NCBI RefSeq assembly: GCF_001194135.2
Contig: NC_068997.1
Coordinates: forward strand, 35,487,562-35,551,561
Length of the DNA stretch: 64,000 bases
From: Octopus bimaculoides
Lineage: Eukaryota
Reading direction: 5' to 3'
The notes under the pieces were generated by a model. It worked only from the letters and a program-made list of their open reading frames with translations, was not told the origin of the DNA and ran no database searches. Made by a program: the position numbers and the translations under genes. Shown here one piece after another: positions 1 through 13,918 of this stretch. The first letter of the stretch is position 1, and each line of letters begins with the position of its first letter.

Positions 1-88
1 TATATATATATATGTATATACATATATATTTATATATATACATATATATATATACATATATATTTATATATATATATGTATGTATGTG

Positions 89-131
<43 letters not shown>

Positions 132-246
132 ATATACTCTTTACTCTCTCTTACTTGTTTCAGTCTGTTGACTGCGGCCATGCTGGAGCACCGCCTTTAG
201 TCGAGAAAATCGACCCCATGTATGTATGTATATATATATATATATG

Positions 247-301
<55 letters not shown>

Positions 302-839
302 NNNNNNNNNNNNNNNNNNNNNNNNNNNNNNNNNNNNNNNNNNNNNNNNNNNNNNNNNNNNNNNNNNNNNNNNNNNNNNNNNNNNNNNNNNNNNNNNNNN
401 NNNNNNNNNNNNNNNNNNNNNNNNNNNNNNNNNNNNNNNNNNNNNNNNNNNNNNNNNNNNNNNNNNNNNNNNNNNNNNNNNNNNNNNNNNNNNNNNNNNN
501 NNNNNNNNNNNNNNNNNNNNNNNNNNNNNNNNNNNNNNNNNNNNNNNNNNNNNNNNNNNNNNNNNNNNNNNNNNNNNNNNNNNNNNNNNNNNNNNNNNNN
601 NNNNNNNNNNNNNNNNNNNNNNNNNNNNNNNNNNNNNNNNNNNNNNNNNNNNNNNNNNNNNNNNNNNNNNNNNNNNNNNNNNNNNNNNNNNNNNNNNNNN
701 NNNNNNNNNNNNNNNNNNNNNNNNNNNNNNNNNNNNNNNNNNNNNNNNNNNNNNNNNNNNNNNNNNNNNNNNNNNNNNNNNNNNNNNNNNNNNNNNNNNN
801 NNNNNNNNNNNNNNNNNNNNNNNNNNNNNTATATATATG

Positions 840-880
<41 letters not shown>

Positions 881-932
881 ATATATATATATATGTATGT
901 ATATATATATATATATATGTATGTATATATAT

Positions 933-2290
933 AGATGTGGTCAATGAGGAAACTAGGGATAGATGAATGGTTAGTGAGAGCTGTGCAAGCGATGTACAGG
1001 GATGCAGTGAGTAAGGTGAGGCTTGGCAATGAGTACAGTAAAGAGTTCTGGGTAGAGGTAGGAGTCCACCAAGGGTCTGTCCTCAGCCCCCTCCTATTTA
1101 TCATAGTCCTCCAGGCAATAACAGAGGAATTCAAGGCAAGATGCCCCTGGGAGCTCCTCTGTACTGATGACCTTGCACTAATTGCTGAGTCACTATCATA
1201 ACTAGAGGAGAAGTTTCAAGTGTGGAAACAAGGATTAGAATCGAAGGGCCTTAGAGTTATCCTGTCTAAAACCAAAGTCTTAATAAGTAGGAAGGCAGAC
1301 AAACCACAAATACCTTCAGGTAGATGACCCTGCTCGATCTGTAGAAAAGGCGTAGGTAGAGACTCTATAAGATGTTACCAGTGTAAGCTATGGACACATA
1401 AGATGTGCAGCAATATCAAAAGAAGGTTCACTGGGAAGATAGTTTTTGTATGTGGCAGATTCTCGGTAGCAATAAACACTGAAAATGTACAGAGAACAAC
1501 TTTGGCCACATTCCAGGGAGAAAAACTAGACGTAGTTGATAGCATACGTTACCTAGGTGACCAAGTCAGTATCAAGGTGGGTGCTCTGAAAGTGTAGCTG
1601 CTAGAATAAGAATAGCCTGGGCAAAGTTCAGAGAGCTCCTACTTCTGCCAGTGACATGCGTATGACGCATGTGTATGAGCAGGAAAACCTCACTGAGGCA
1701 ATGACTAATGAGCGAGACCTTTGGAAATATGCTGTGCTTAAGAAGACCCGGCAAGCCAAGTAAGACCATAACCCATGGCCTATGCCAGTAGTGTAACCAG
1801 CCCACTTATGCGCACCTTTCCTTCATTGGACACTGAACTCTCCTTGCGAAGACCTGTTGATGCAAGTGAAATCTAGATCAAATTCAATCACAGCACCGCA
1901 TGACTGGTATCTGTACTAGTGGAGCGGTAAGAGCACCATCCGGGCTTGATCGTTGCCAGGGCTGCTGACTGGCTCCCGTGCCTGTGGCATGTGAAAAGCA
2001 CTATTCGAGCGTGATCATTACTAGCGTCACCTTAATGGCACGTGAAAAACAGCATTGAAGTGAGGTCACTGCCTGTGCTACTGGACTGGCTCCTGTGCGG
2101 GTGGCACATAGAAAATACCATTTAAGCGTGGCTGTTGCCAGTACCGCCTCACTGGCACTCGTGCCAGTGGCGCATAAAAGCATCCAGTACAGTTGGAGTG
2201 GTTGGCGTTAGGAAGGGCATCCCACTGTAGAAACTCTGCCAGATCAGATTGGAGCCAGCATTGAAAGCAGACGTTAAATGATGATGATGA
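933..2290 (+). mobile_element. Decayed RTE-clade LINE 3' fragment (RT C-terminal part, 3' UTR, (GAT)n tail)
   Basis: GVHQGSVLSPLLF and LLCTDDLAL (mutated YADD). Stops and an internal deletion; the 3' tail is shared with other copies in the window. Confidence 0.9.
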
Positions 2291-2355
2291 TGTGTGTGTG
2301 TGTGTATATATATGTGTGTGTATATGTATAGATATATATATGTATATATATTTGG

Positions 2356-2399
<44 letters not shown>

Positions 2400-2744
2400 N
2401 NNNNNNNNNNNNNNNNNNNNNNNNNNNNNNNNNNNNNNNNNNNNNNNNNNNNNNNNNNNNNNNNNNNNNNNNNNNNNNNNNNNNNNNNNNNNNNNNNNNN
2501 NNNNNNNNNNNNNNNNNNNNNNNNNNNNNNNNNNNNNNNNNNNNNNNNNNNNNNNNNNNNNNNNNNNNNNNNNNNNNNNNNNNNNNNNNNNNNNNNNNNN
2601 NNNNNNNNNNNNNNNNNNNNNNNNNNNNNNNNNNNNNNNNNNNNNNNNNNNNNNNNNNNNNNNNNNNNNNNNNNNNNNNNNNNNNNNNNNNNTATATATA
2701 TATATATATATGCATATATTTGCATATGTATGTATGTATATATT

Positions 2745-2940
2745 AGCTAAAACCAAAGTCCTAATAAGTAGGAAGGTAGACAAAACACAAGCCCCTTCAG
2801 GTAGATGGCCCTGCTCGATCTGTAGAAAAGGAATAGGTAGAAACTCTATAATAAGTACTCAGTGTAAGCTATGGACACATAAGAGGTGCAGCAATATCAA
2901 AGGAAGGTTAACTAGCAAGTTAGTTTTGTATGTGGCAGAT
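2745..2940 (+). mobile_element. Short RTE LINE fragment homologous to about 1265-1455
   Basis: KTKVLISRKVDK...GRWPCSICRKG...CKLWTHKRCSNIKG. Confidence 0.8.
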
Positions 2941-4270
2941 GTTTTTTGCCCTTATATATCTTTTTTATCTTTATTTCCCTTATTATCTTTTCCCCCCGTC
3001 TCTCCTTTTTGATTCTTTCTTATACGTAATCTATTCCATTTATATAATATGTGTTTATATTTTTTAAAATACTTCCTCTCTTAGCTATCCCAATTTAAAA
3101 AATAAATTCTTTTGTGTCTCTCACAAATCTACCTATATTAACCAAAATCTTACAGATGGTATATGTTTATATGTAAAGTAATTTTTAGCGCACAACAATC
3201 ACCTCCACAAATTGAACTCACTCTCATAGATATAGTTTATCTCTTTGGTTATGCATTCAAAGAGTTTAATAATATTCCCACATTCTTTTCTCATTATTAG
3301 TATTATTACTCTCTTTATTTTTTCCTTTATAATTGTTACTGCTACCTCTAAAGTTCTTTTCTACTTTTATATTATCACCGTTTAATATAATAGATTATAC
3401 ATTATATTCCATATTTCACTTATTACTTATATATGTGTGTGTGTGTGCTCGTGCTCCATATTCATACACCCATGGATTTAAGTGTATAGGAATGTGTGCA
3501 TCTGTATTTGTGTTTATGTTACCATGTTGAATGAAAAAACTTTAACTGATACAATTTTTTTAAAGTAGTGTAGTCTGTATGATTTAATTAAGTTTATTTA
3601 AGTTCAGTATGATTGTCATCAAAAGTTTTAAGGAACATAGTTTGTTGCTATTGTAATTCACTACACATCCTACCCCTTCATATTCTATCAACCAGTAACA
3701 CATTTTCATATTTGTAACATTTTAGATCACTAATGCAACATCATTATATGATTATGTGTCTCTTGGTCCAGATAGCAAAAAGTATTTGGACACAAAAATA
3801 GTAGGAACATAAGTAACCACGTTAGAGGAATAACTATTGCACCTTGACTGCATCCAACTTGTCCGCCCTAGTTGTACCAACCACAAGTACTTGGAATCTT
3901 ACAGAACAGTGTGTAAAATGTAACCTGTCCAAACTGCTATACTATAAGACCAGACATGATTTCTGAAACATGTATGTTTGGCTTCTAGTAATTCAGCCTA
4001 CATGATATATTTCATAGATCAAGAGCTTGTGTTATTACAGTATTATGAGTGTGTTTGCAATTGAGGCATATAGAAGGCTGTTATTATTATTTTTTCATCT
4101 CTTTCTGTTTCTTTTTTTTTTTTCTTTCTTTACTCAGTGTGGAAAAAAAATTAAAAAGGAAAATTGTTAGGATAAATCTGGAAAATGAGTGGTCCACATT
4201 CAAAACATTATTATACATTATTCACATGTTTAAAATGTTTCATATGACCATATATTTATATATTTTTCAG

Positions 4271-4313
4271 ACAAAATCATCTGTACTTTTGAAGCACAGC
4301 AAAAAAAGAAAAG
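4271..4313 (+). CDS. CENPN: Putative internal exon of CENP-N-like gene (TKSSVLLKHSKKRK+G)
   Basis: Acceptor tatttttcag, donor G|gtttgt, 43 nt, phase 0 to 1. It joins 26300 in frame (G+TA=Val) and gives a linker length matching vertebrate CENP-N as recalled. No sequence similarity of its own. Confidence 0.5.
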
Positions 4314-5992
4314 GTTTGTTTTATAGTTGCTTTCAGTATTTTAACATCTATTTTTTATTTGAAATATATGTATCATGGTATTCTGAAGAAATTCACAAAG
4401 AAACCTTAAAAGATATATGACTTTGTACAGTACTTTACTTATGAAAGTTATTTTTTTTTATTTTCATATTACACATTTAATGTAAATCTATTGCACACAC
4501 ATTCTAACAGCATTCAGCTTAGATTAGTCATATATATCATCATCATCATAATAATTTTGTTCTTTCATTCAAGCTGTTCCTGTGTACCTTATTTACAATC
4601 AACCAGTTATTTTGAATGAGGACTTGCCTCATGTAGGAACCACAAAAATTTCAAAACTGTAGCGCATTTTTTTATAAGGTGTAATGAATTAATGCTTCTA
4701 CTTATAAAAAATGGTTTTTGAATCAATATATATTGTCCCAGTTTAGGTTCATTTCATTTGTTCCTGCTATCACTGTACTATCAACTGTCAAATAGTTATC
4801 ATCTGGAGAGCAGGATCCTGTTGAACCACCATGCCAGCATGGAAAGCAAATGTAAAGTGATGATACACATACACACACACACACGTGCGCGTGTGTGTGT
4901 ATGGCAGAGACTCATACAATTAGTTCTTTTGTATATTCTTTCAGCCTACTTTTTCAGCATGAGTAGAGATAGTGGATGGTGCTTTATTGCCTACCACATT
5001 TTTTTGTTTAACCTTTTAGCATTTAAACTGACTGTATCCAGCCTTAATATTCTACTGGTTTTATATTAAATTGGCTAGATCCAGCCTCTCACACCTACCC
5101 TGCAATGTCATTCTAAAAATAAGCAATCACATCTTTGAAATCTCAAAGCTACAAGATAATGCAGAATTAACTTTAAAAAATGTGAATAAACAAGCATTAC
5201 ATTTGACAAGGTAATCTGAATGCCAAATGGTTAATTATTCTATTGCATATTCTGATTGCTTATTCCATTTACCCACTTCTTTGCTAAGAGTATACCTGTT
5301 ACTTGTATTTTATCCATTACCCAACCAAAATAATTGCTCTTGTATTCCTTGGGTCTCCACCCCAAATATTCTTTACAATACACATTGACTTTCACTTGAG
5401 CCTCTCAACTTACTTTCCATTGTATTAAGGCTGATAGAGACAGTTTTTAGGTCATAGTACTAATATTAAATATCTGTATGAATTTTTGAAAATATCTAAA
5501 TGTAATTTCTATTGTACTTTTTCTTGGAAAGCATCCAAAAAGAAACATTTTGATACCTTATTTGTGAAATTTGGATGAATATTTTAGAAAATATGACAAT
5601 TTGAATGGTCAGTGAATTTGTTGAAATTTTGCCTAAATGACCTAAACGAATAAATCGTCATATTTGTGGTACTTGAAGTGATAATCAGGTTCAAATTACA
5701 CAAATTAATTGTAATTGTGGTATAGCAGTTGTCTATTTGTTTTCAGGTTCTTGAGAGGAAAACTTCTTTTTTTGGCATTCTTTTAAGCCTATTTTGTTAC
5801 ATGTAACAAACAGCCAATTTTGCTGTGTTTTCAGGTCTAGCTAAATCCAAAAGTAATAGCCAAAGGGACTTAATTTTTGGCACATTTGTAGTAGGTATGG
5901 AACTAGATAAATCTTGATATTTTGGGACATGACATCATTTTAATAAAATTTTAATGGACTGTTATAAATGTTGATACCACAATAGAGAGAAG

Positions 5993-7518
5993 CAATTTGA
6001 ACACGAAAAAACACATTTTTTACTTTATCATTTTCATGTCAAAATAAATTTTTTCCATGGAAAAAAAAAATGTATGTATCATTTGAAAGTGTTGGATGTG
6101 AACTTTCTTCTTGTGTCATTTTAATTAAAATCCAACAGTTGCATATCGTGTCAAGGTCCCTCGGACACCCTGATATTTTCACGCATTTTCAAAGTGTGTC
6201 CCGTTTTTTTGTCTGCTGAACAGTAGCCCTCATTCTAGCTCAGTGTACTCAAGTGCCATAACTCAAGTTGTGTTAAGAATCATAGACACATATTGAGAAA
6301 TATTTTAGCTTCATTTTGACATAAAATTAATTTTCACTTAGAAAAGAATATAATTTCTTCAAGATGTTTATGCCATGAAGAAGAAAAATTTCTTGCTAAA
6401 TCATCATGGTCATTGCTGATTCTGGCCTTGGTATGGCAAAAAGTGCAAAGTGAAAAAGGAGGGTGGTATGCTGACGTTTTTTGCATATGATTAATACATA
6501 TTGACACTACTTGTCAAACTGAGAAGTCATATCAAAGACAAATTCAAGGCTTCAAATATTGATTTTGATCCAAAATTTCAAGAAATGGATAAATTAATTG
6601 GTAAGTAAACATATTTCTATGTGAATTTGCACTAAGTTGAGTTAAATAGAGCCTCTAGAGTCCAAAATTAGCATGTAATCATCATATTGATAATGTTGTT
6701 TATTCCCTGTTGCATTGTATTGAACAATGTATGAACTTTACTTCACGCAGATTTTTGTACAAGTGAATTTCATATTTCTTAGATAAATATTGGTCTATTT
6801 TTGTCAACAAAAATTATATTGTGCAATGAATATTATTTTGTAGGCTATAAAAATTTTATGTGACTTCAAAAAATTTCTTTCCCTCACATAAAAAGCACCA
6901 TTTGGGTGTGGTCAGTGGCAATTCCACCTGACTGGCCCCCGTACAACAATCTTGGAGTGGTCGGTGTTAGGAAGGGCATCCAACTGTAGAAACCTTGCCA
7001 GATCAGATTGGAGCCTGGTGCAGCCTCCTGATTTGCCAGTCCTCAGTGAAACCATCCAACCCATGCCAGCATGGAAAGCAGACATTAAAAGATGATGATG
7101 ATTATTTTTGTATACAGTTGGATATTTTGTTGTAATGTTTACATTTTCGCAAGTGCTGATTTTCACTTATATATTTTATAATGATTATCTGATTTACATC
7201 AAAATAAATCTAAAAAGATTTTCAATGTGTGTGTATCATTATCAGCACAACTTGAGTTATAGTGCTCAGGCACATTGAACTAGATCCAGGGCTATCATTC
7301 AACAGTCAAAAAAAATATAGGATAAACTTTGTGAATGGGTGGAAATTCCAGGGTGTTTGAGGGACCCTGACATCTTAGTTAAGTGTCAAATTTTGATTAA
7401 AACTATATGAGAAAGTTCACATCCAGAACTTTCAAATGATATATAATTTTCCAAGGAAAATTGGTATTTTGTCATGAAAATGATGTACTAAAAAATGGGC
7501 TTTTGTGCAGTCAAAGTG
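5993..7518. mobile_element. Non-autonomous DNA transposon with about 330-bp imperfect TIRs, superfamily unresolved
   Basis: 5993-6325 is the reverse complement of about 7190-7518 (e.g. gtcaaggtccctcggacaccctg vs cagggtgtttgagggaccctgac). An RTE-tail insertion lies at about 6895-7105. Confidence 0.75.
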
Positions 7519-7553
7519 TGTGTTACACCTTCCACAGAACTCTCCAAGGATAC

Positions 7554-10500
7554 TGTTGTATAGTGAAACTGCATACTCCTCCTGGTAAAAAGTAGTAGGA
7601 GTTAGCCATTATAAATAGACCAGTAGCCAGTCGTCAAGGGAGGATCAAGAGTTGAGAGTCAATAGTTCTAGTCGGTGTCTTGTGGAGCTATTAGCAATAG
7701 TAAGACAAAAGTTAGTGTATTACTATTCTGGTACAAAGAGTTATGATGGTATCCAATGACTAATAACTATTGTAGCTATTAGCATAAAACGGCAACTACA
7801 GTACAACAGCAGTCATACATCACACCAGTGGGAGGGACCCATTTTACAACAGTGGTGATGAGCAAAAACAAGTTTATGCAGAGTGAAAAAAATCATCCAC
7901 ATGGGGAGTTTAAACTAATTCACGGGGAAGATTAAATAACTCAACAAAAAAGAAACAAGTATCTTGTGTAAACTTACAAAAATCGTAAAATATGGAAGAC
8001 TTGTTAACTGGAGTAGTTGAGTTGCAAAAACAGGAACAAGGATTGCAGCAGCAAATGTTACAACTAATGAAGTTGATAATCAAACTGAAGAATACATTTT
8101 CACCTGACCATGTAACAAATTCCATCAGCAAATTCAAATATGACCCCAAAGAAGGAGTAACCTTCAAGGCTTACTTTCAAAGATTTCAACAAACTTTTGA
8201 AAAAGAATGTCAGGATTGGACAGACGAAATGAAAACGCATCTAGTTTAAAAAAAAACTAGCGGCAGCAGAGCATGAGTAGTATAGTAACTTCGTATTGCC
8301 AAAAAAAGCATCCAACATAAATTTCACTGATACAGATGACATTCTGTGCAAAATATTCAGTGAAAAGATGGAAATGTTTAAACATAGAAAAGAGCAAAGA
8401 TGAAAACTTCACTACTTACACAGGCAGAGTCAACAAAGAATGTGAGAGATTTAGGCTGGATATGCTTACTTCAGATTCTTTCAAATGTTTGATTTTTGCA
8501 CAAGGATTGACAGATAAAAGAGATGCAGAAATTCGCTTGAAAATTCTAGCAAAACTGGAAATGAACCAGGATTTGACATTGCAGAAACTGTCAGAAGAGT
8601 GTGACATGATATTAAAATTAAGGCATGACACGGAAGAAATTCAATGGAAAGAGTGTTTTCATATAAGACCAGTGCAAAAAAGTCAGAAGACAAATAAAAT
8701 ATTGCAGGAAAAAGAGAAAAAATATCAGGATGTAGACCCATGTATGCCATGTGGTGGGATGCACCAGGGAAAAGATTGTCCGTATAAAAAAGCAAAGTGT
8801 TTTCACTGCAGGTTTACAGGACATATAAAATCACACTGCAAAACTAGAATGATACGAAAATGGAACAAACAAACAAAAAATAAATAGTTTGTCAGCAGGA
8901 AAAGTTGTGACTACAACAAACAGAAAATTTGTGAAAGTGTGAATTGAAACCACTAGTATCAGAATACAATTAGACATGGGAAGTAACATCACAATCATAA
9001 ATGAGGATACATAGGAACAAATGGGTACACCAAAATTATGTAGTCCAAACAAAATCGCAATTGGTGTTATGAGAAGAAAGTTATATTTCACAGGCGAACG
9101 TGTTTGTAATATAATGTTCAAAGGTTGAACCTAAAAAGTGAATGTGTTGAAAAAAAAATCCATGAATTTATTTGGCACCAAATCTATGGAGATATTTAAT
9201 TTATGGGATACACCCATAGGCACAAGAGTAGCTGTGTGGTAAGTAACTTGCTTACTCACCACATGGTTCCAGGTTCAGTCCCACTGCATGATACCTTGGA
9301 CAAGTGTCTTCTACTTTAGCCTCAGGTCAACCAAAGCCTTGTGAGTGGATTTGGTAGATGGAAACTGAAAGAAGGCCGTTATGTGTGTATATATATATAT
9401 ATATCTATATATGTGTGTGGTGTCTGTGTTTGCCCCCCCCCCCATCACTTGACAACTGATACTGGTGTGTTTACGTCCCCATTACTTAGCAATTCGGCAA
9501 GAGACCGATAGAATAAGTACTGGAGTTGATTTGTTTGACTAAAGGTGGTGCTCTAGCATGGCCGCAGTCAAATGACTAAAAAAGTTAAAAAATAAGCGTT
9601 TTGTNNNNNNNNNNNNNNNNNNNNNNNNNNNNNNNNAAAAAATGAAAGAAGCTTTCCCAAAAGTTTTTTCAGAAGGTTTAGGCTGTTGCACAAAAACAAG
9701 AGCAAGGATTGCTCTCAAAGAAAATTCAACACCTTTTTTCAGGCTCAAACGGAATGTGCTGTTTGCAGCAGTAGACCAGGTCAATAAAGAACTAGAAAGG
9801 TTGGAAAGCCTGAATATAATTGAAAAGATTGACCATGCAGACTGGCCGGCACCAACGGTCTACGTAAAAAAGTGAAATAATTAGCTTTGAGTGTGCACAG
9901 ACCTCTCAACCAGATTAAATGACTGTTCACTCACACAAACTTACCCACTACCAAGCCCAGAAAAAGTATTTGCTAAACTAAACGGAGGGAAAATTTTCTC
10001 AAAGTTAGACCGCCCAGAGGCATACCTTCAAATTCAGTTAGAGGAAGATTGCAACACATCTACTAACAATCAACATGCACTGTGGATTGTACAAGTTCAA
10101 ACGACTGACATTTAGAGTAAAAGTGACACCTGCCATATTCCAACAAATATATATAAGGTAAAGGCACCACTTAATGAATTACTAAAAAACGAATGCCAAA
10201 TGGGTTTGGACAGTGAAATGACAGAAAGCATTTAACAAGTTAAAATATGTGTTAACTTCAGGCTTGTATCTTACACATTTTGACCCAAAGTTAGAGATAA
10301 TACTAGCTACAGATGCTAGCGAGTATGGGATAGAAGCTGTGCTCCTGCACAAGGATAACAATGGCAGGAGAAAGGCCATAATACACACATCAAGGACATT
10401 ATTGCTGGTGGAAAAGAGCTATAGCTGGATTGAAAAAGAGGCATTGGCTATTATGTTTGGCATGAAAATGTTCCACAGGTTCGTTCATGGCAGACGTTTT

Positions 10501-11872
10501 TGGTTACAAATGGACCATAGACCTCTAATAACAATATATGGATCCAAGAAAGGAATCCCAACACATAGGGCAAACAGACTGTAGCAGTGGGGTACCATTC
10601 TATTAAAGTATGATTATAGAATGGAATATCTACCTTGAAAAAAGTTGGGGCATGCTGATGGTCTGTCTAAGTTAATTCCGAGAAATAACAAACTGCTGGA
10701 GGACACCATGATAGCAGCACTAAGAGTGGAAACAAACAAAAAAAAAAGTGATGTGGAACGTTGTGCGTGAACTACCAGTAATTTTGGAAGAAATAAAAAG
10801 AAATGTGAGAAATGACAAATTTATTAATGAAACTAAAAGAAAACTGTGGTCGCCAAAGAACCGCCAAGATGTGATGGTGTACTAATGTACACTCAGAGGG
10901 TAGTCATACCACAGACAATACAGAAGGGAATGCTAAAAGAGTTCCATGTGAGACACCCAGGCATCTCTAGGGTGAAATCACTGATGCGAAGTTTCTGGTA
11001 AAAGGCTGCAGAGGATGTGTACTGGCAGCAAAACTACCTACTACAAAATGTGAACCTTGGCCGGAAGTGAAAATACCATGGTCCCGGTTGCATATCAATT
11101 TTGCAAGTCTGGTAAATGGATATTATTACTCAATAGTAGTGGACAGCTACACAAAATGGCCTGAGGTCATGAGGTGTAAACGATCAACCTCATATACAGT
11201 AATATACTTCTTACATAAGCTGTTCGCGAGATTTGGTGTGCCAGATATAATTGTCTCTGTGGGTTTAAAAGATTCTGTGAGATGTTCACATTAGAACAAA
11301 ACTATAGCACTGTATCGCCCTAGATCAAATGGAAGAGCCGAACGGTTTGTGAACAATTTTAAGAGTGCTTTAAAGAATGTTAACAAGGAAGCCACGGACA
11401 AGGTCATGATCCAACAGTTCTTAAGGGTTTACAGGGTAACTCCAAACCCAAATGCTCCAGAAGGAAGTTCACCAGCAGAATTAATGTTTTGCCAAAAAAG
11501 TGAAGTCAGTATTTGATAAACTGTTACCAGTGAAGAAAAAGATACGTGCTAGTAAAGGCATGCCAAAATTCTTTAGAATCGATAATAAGGTATATGTAAG
11601 AATGTACAAAAAAGGCAAGCAATATTGGGAAGAAGGAGAAATTGTAATATACATAGGAAGAATGAAGCAGAAATGGAATGGAAAGGCGACATAGAAATCA
11701 GTTCAAGGAAAGAGTCATAGAAAAGGAACCAACAAGAGCAGAAATATCAATGGATTGGCTATATAATATTTTTCAGGTTCCAACACCATTACAAGCAGTC
11801 AAAACCACGCATACAAGGAAAAGGAAGAACACTGAATTCCTAAAAGTAGACCCCCAGAAGAAAAGATATTGA
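7554..11872 (+). mobile_element. Ty3/gypsy (Mag-type) element A: 5' LTR 7554-7851, PBS, decayed gag-PR-RT-RH-IN
   Basis: LTR is TG...CA; PBS TGGTGATGAG at 7853. Two CCHC knuckles (CMPCGGMHQGKDC, CFHCRFTGHIKSHC), LDMGS protease, RT with the YxDD core deleted near 10150, DASEYG RNase H, and integrase. Many stops. Confidence 0.92.
9219..9590 (+). mobile_element. tRNA-derived SINE (head, TA microsatellite, tail) inserted in gypsy A
   Basis: gtggtaag A-box-like and ggttcagtccc B-box-like motifs; same head and tail recur more than 10 times in the window. Confidence 0.85.
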
Positions 11873-11884
11873 GTAGGTATAGCT

Positions 11885-13450
11885 GTGTGGTAGGAAGCTT
11901 CGAAGCCATTCAAGATCGAGCGCTCAGTGCGTCAAGGGTGTCCTCTATCTCCGCTTTTGTATGTATTGGCTCTTGAGCCATTGCTGTGGAAGTTGGAGGC
12001 ACTAGGGGGCGCACCACATCATCTATGGTGTGGAAGAGGAGCTACGGCATATGCGGATGACATCTCCATCGTAGCAGATGAGGGCCAGCTTCCAGTGGTG
12101 GAAGAGGCCACCAAAAGTTACGAGGCGGTGGCAGGAGCAAAGGTTAACAAGGACAAGTCGGGTTGGTTTGCACCTCGGCACCTGTAAGGGCAAGCCGATG
12201 GCGTCCAATAACGTGGGATGTTGGACGGAGGGTCCTGTTAAGCTGCTCGGAGTCTGGGTTGGTCCAGACCTTCAGATAGAGAAAAATTGGAGTGAGGTGG
12301 CCAGTAAAGTGACTGCTCTAACCCAGACCTGGTCTGGACAGGCGTTATCCTTGCTAGGAAGGATGGAGGTGGTGCAGTTGTTTATAGCATCAGTAATCAC
12401 CTACCGTCTGACCGTGGTGCCTTGCCCCAATTTGTGACTGAACGAGTTGGAGAGAATCCTTTTCTGCTTTTTGTGGAAGGGAGGAAAGCCACTTGTGAAG
12501 CACTCTGTCTGCTGCCAGAAACCACTAAAGGGTGGGCTAAGTATTGCCTTGGCTGAAGATGCGAAAATTCACATTATGGTTGAGGCACCTCTGACTTTAT
12601 CTGGATAGAGAGCGGGTTTGGTCACCGCATGTCCAGTTCTATTTTCCGCAGTTAATGTCCTTAACGGACATTGGTACATGGATCAAGCAGAGACCTAGAC
12701 TGGGGGACTGGCAATTAGAGTGCTGTCAGGCACTTCAGTTGCTCTCTCAGGCAGGCAATGCCGGCAGCAGGAGTTCCACCACAGATTTTTATAGCGGGTT
12801 AGTGGAGATTATGTCTGAAGACACCTTGGGGGAGACTATGGGCAACAATGAAAATCAATTGATCAACCTGTTCAGGAGAGCTTTCGGGCCAGGGTATCTG
12901 GATAATTACCAGAAATCCCTGGCTTGGCAGCACTTCCGTGCAGTGTTACCTGTTCGCGATAAACTGTTAAGGCACAGAAGTGCTGTCTCGCGGACATGTC
13001 CAAGGTGTGGGCAGGACAGGAAAACTGTCTTGCATGCATTTGTGGAGTGTCGAGAATCAACAGGACTGATAGCTTTCGCAGAACAGCTGTTGTCATCGAT
13101 GGGAAGAGTACAGCTGAGTCTATCATCAAGATTGTGCCACCTCCTTCCCTCAACAGGGAGAGGAAGGCTTGCTTTTTCTGTGTAGTAGCCATACTGAAAT
13201 AAACAGTATGGAAGATGCATGTGAAAGGAATAGTGACAGGTACCTTTCTATCTGGCCAGGGATTGGTTAACTTTTTTAGTTACCACCTCAGTAGTAAGAT
13301 CAGGCTGGAGAAGAGGTACCTGTCACAAGAAGGATTCGAGAAAAGATGGAAGCTTGTGGCAAGAATGCTGGGAGTGATTGGCACCAAGTAAGTGGAGCCC
13401 TGTAAAATAAGCAAAGGTTCTACCTTGGTGGTTGGGTACCTTTCCTTCAG
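11885..13450 (+). mobile_element. L1/Tx1-clade LINE 3' fragment (RT end and C-terminal Zn-knuckle)
   Basis: RQGCPLSPLLYVLALEPLL, AYADDI, KLLGVW, CPRCGQDRKTVLHAFVEC. Confidence 0.85.
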
Positions 13451-13640
13451 GAGATACATTGCATGTAGCAATGTGATATCATCGAACTTTTAAATTTCTA
13501 CATAATTTTTAATCATAACTTATCATTCATAAAAAAGAAAGAACTTTTAAATTGTAGCAGCTTCTTCACCATTTTACGTATGTTTGCCTTTGTTTGTCCC
13601 CTCTTTGTAATGTTTGTATAGCAAATATTTATGAAATAAA

Positions 13641-13778
13641 GAAGCTTGCTTCCCAACCACATAGTTTCGGGTTCAATCTCACTGTGTGGCACCATGGACA
13701 AGTGTCTTCTACTACAACCTCAAACCAACCAAAGCCTTGTGAGTGGATTTCGTAGATGGAAACTGACAGATGTCTGTC

Positions 13779-13790
<12 letters not shown>
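13641..13790 (+). mobile_element. tRNA-derived SINE head
   Basis: Homologous to 9219-9390. Confidence 0.75.
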
Positions 13791-13827
<37 letters not shown>

Positions 13828-13828
<1 letters not shown>

Positions 13829-13918
13829 TAGCAGAAATACCCGGCGTTGCCCGGGTTAAAGAGAATAATGAAATCTAAAAACGCCGTCTAGACTACTCAT
13901 CATCTTTATATATAGAGA
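13828..13918 (-). mobile_element. 91-bp non-autonomous Helitron
   Basis: Minus strand reads A|TCTCTATATATAAA...CCCGGGCAACGCCGGG hairpin...CTAG|T, i.e. 5' TC, subterminal hairpin, 3' CTAG, inserted between A and T. Confidence 0.85.

Noticed and set aside
2060-2170. Repeated ggcac...gccagt units as CRISPR-like repeats (also at 21430-21670 and 45290-45550)
   Set aside because: Irregular units inside RTE 3' UTRs, no spacer regularity, no cas genes, eukaryotic context.
12-2783. Long YI/CV-rich and X-filled ORFs (also at 13856-15128, 20260-20961, 29249-29529, 60914-61301)
   Set aside because: Translations of microsatellites and N gaps.
4138-4230. VEKKLKRKIVRINLENEWSTFKTLLY as an upstream CENP-N exon
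   Set aside because: No phase-0 donor available to join 4271; resemblance is weak.
5835-5894. Symmetric phase-1 exon-like segment (LAKSKSNSQRDLIFGTFVV); similar candidate at about 22435-22476
   Set aside because: Not needed for CENP-N linker length and no similarity; could be cryptic, needs RNA-seq.
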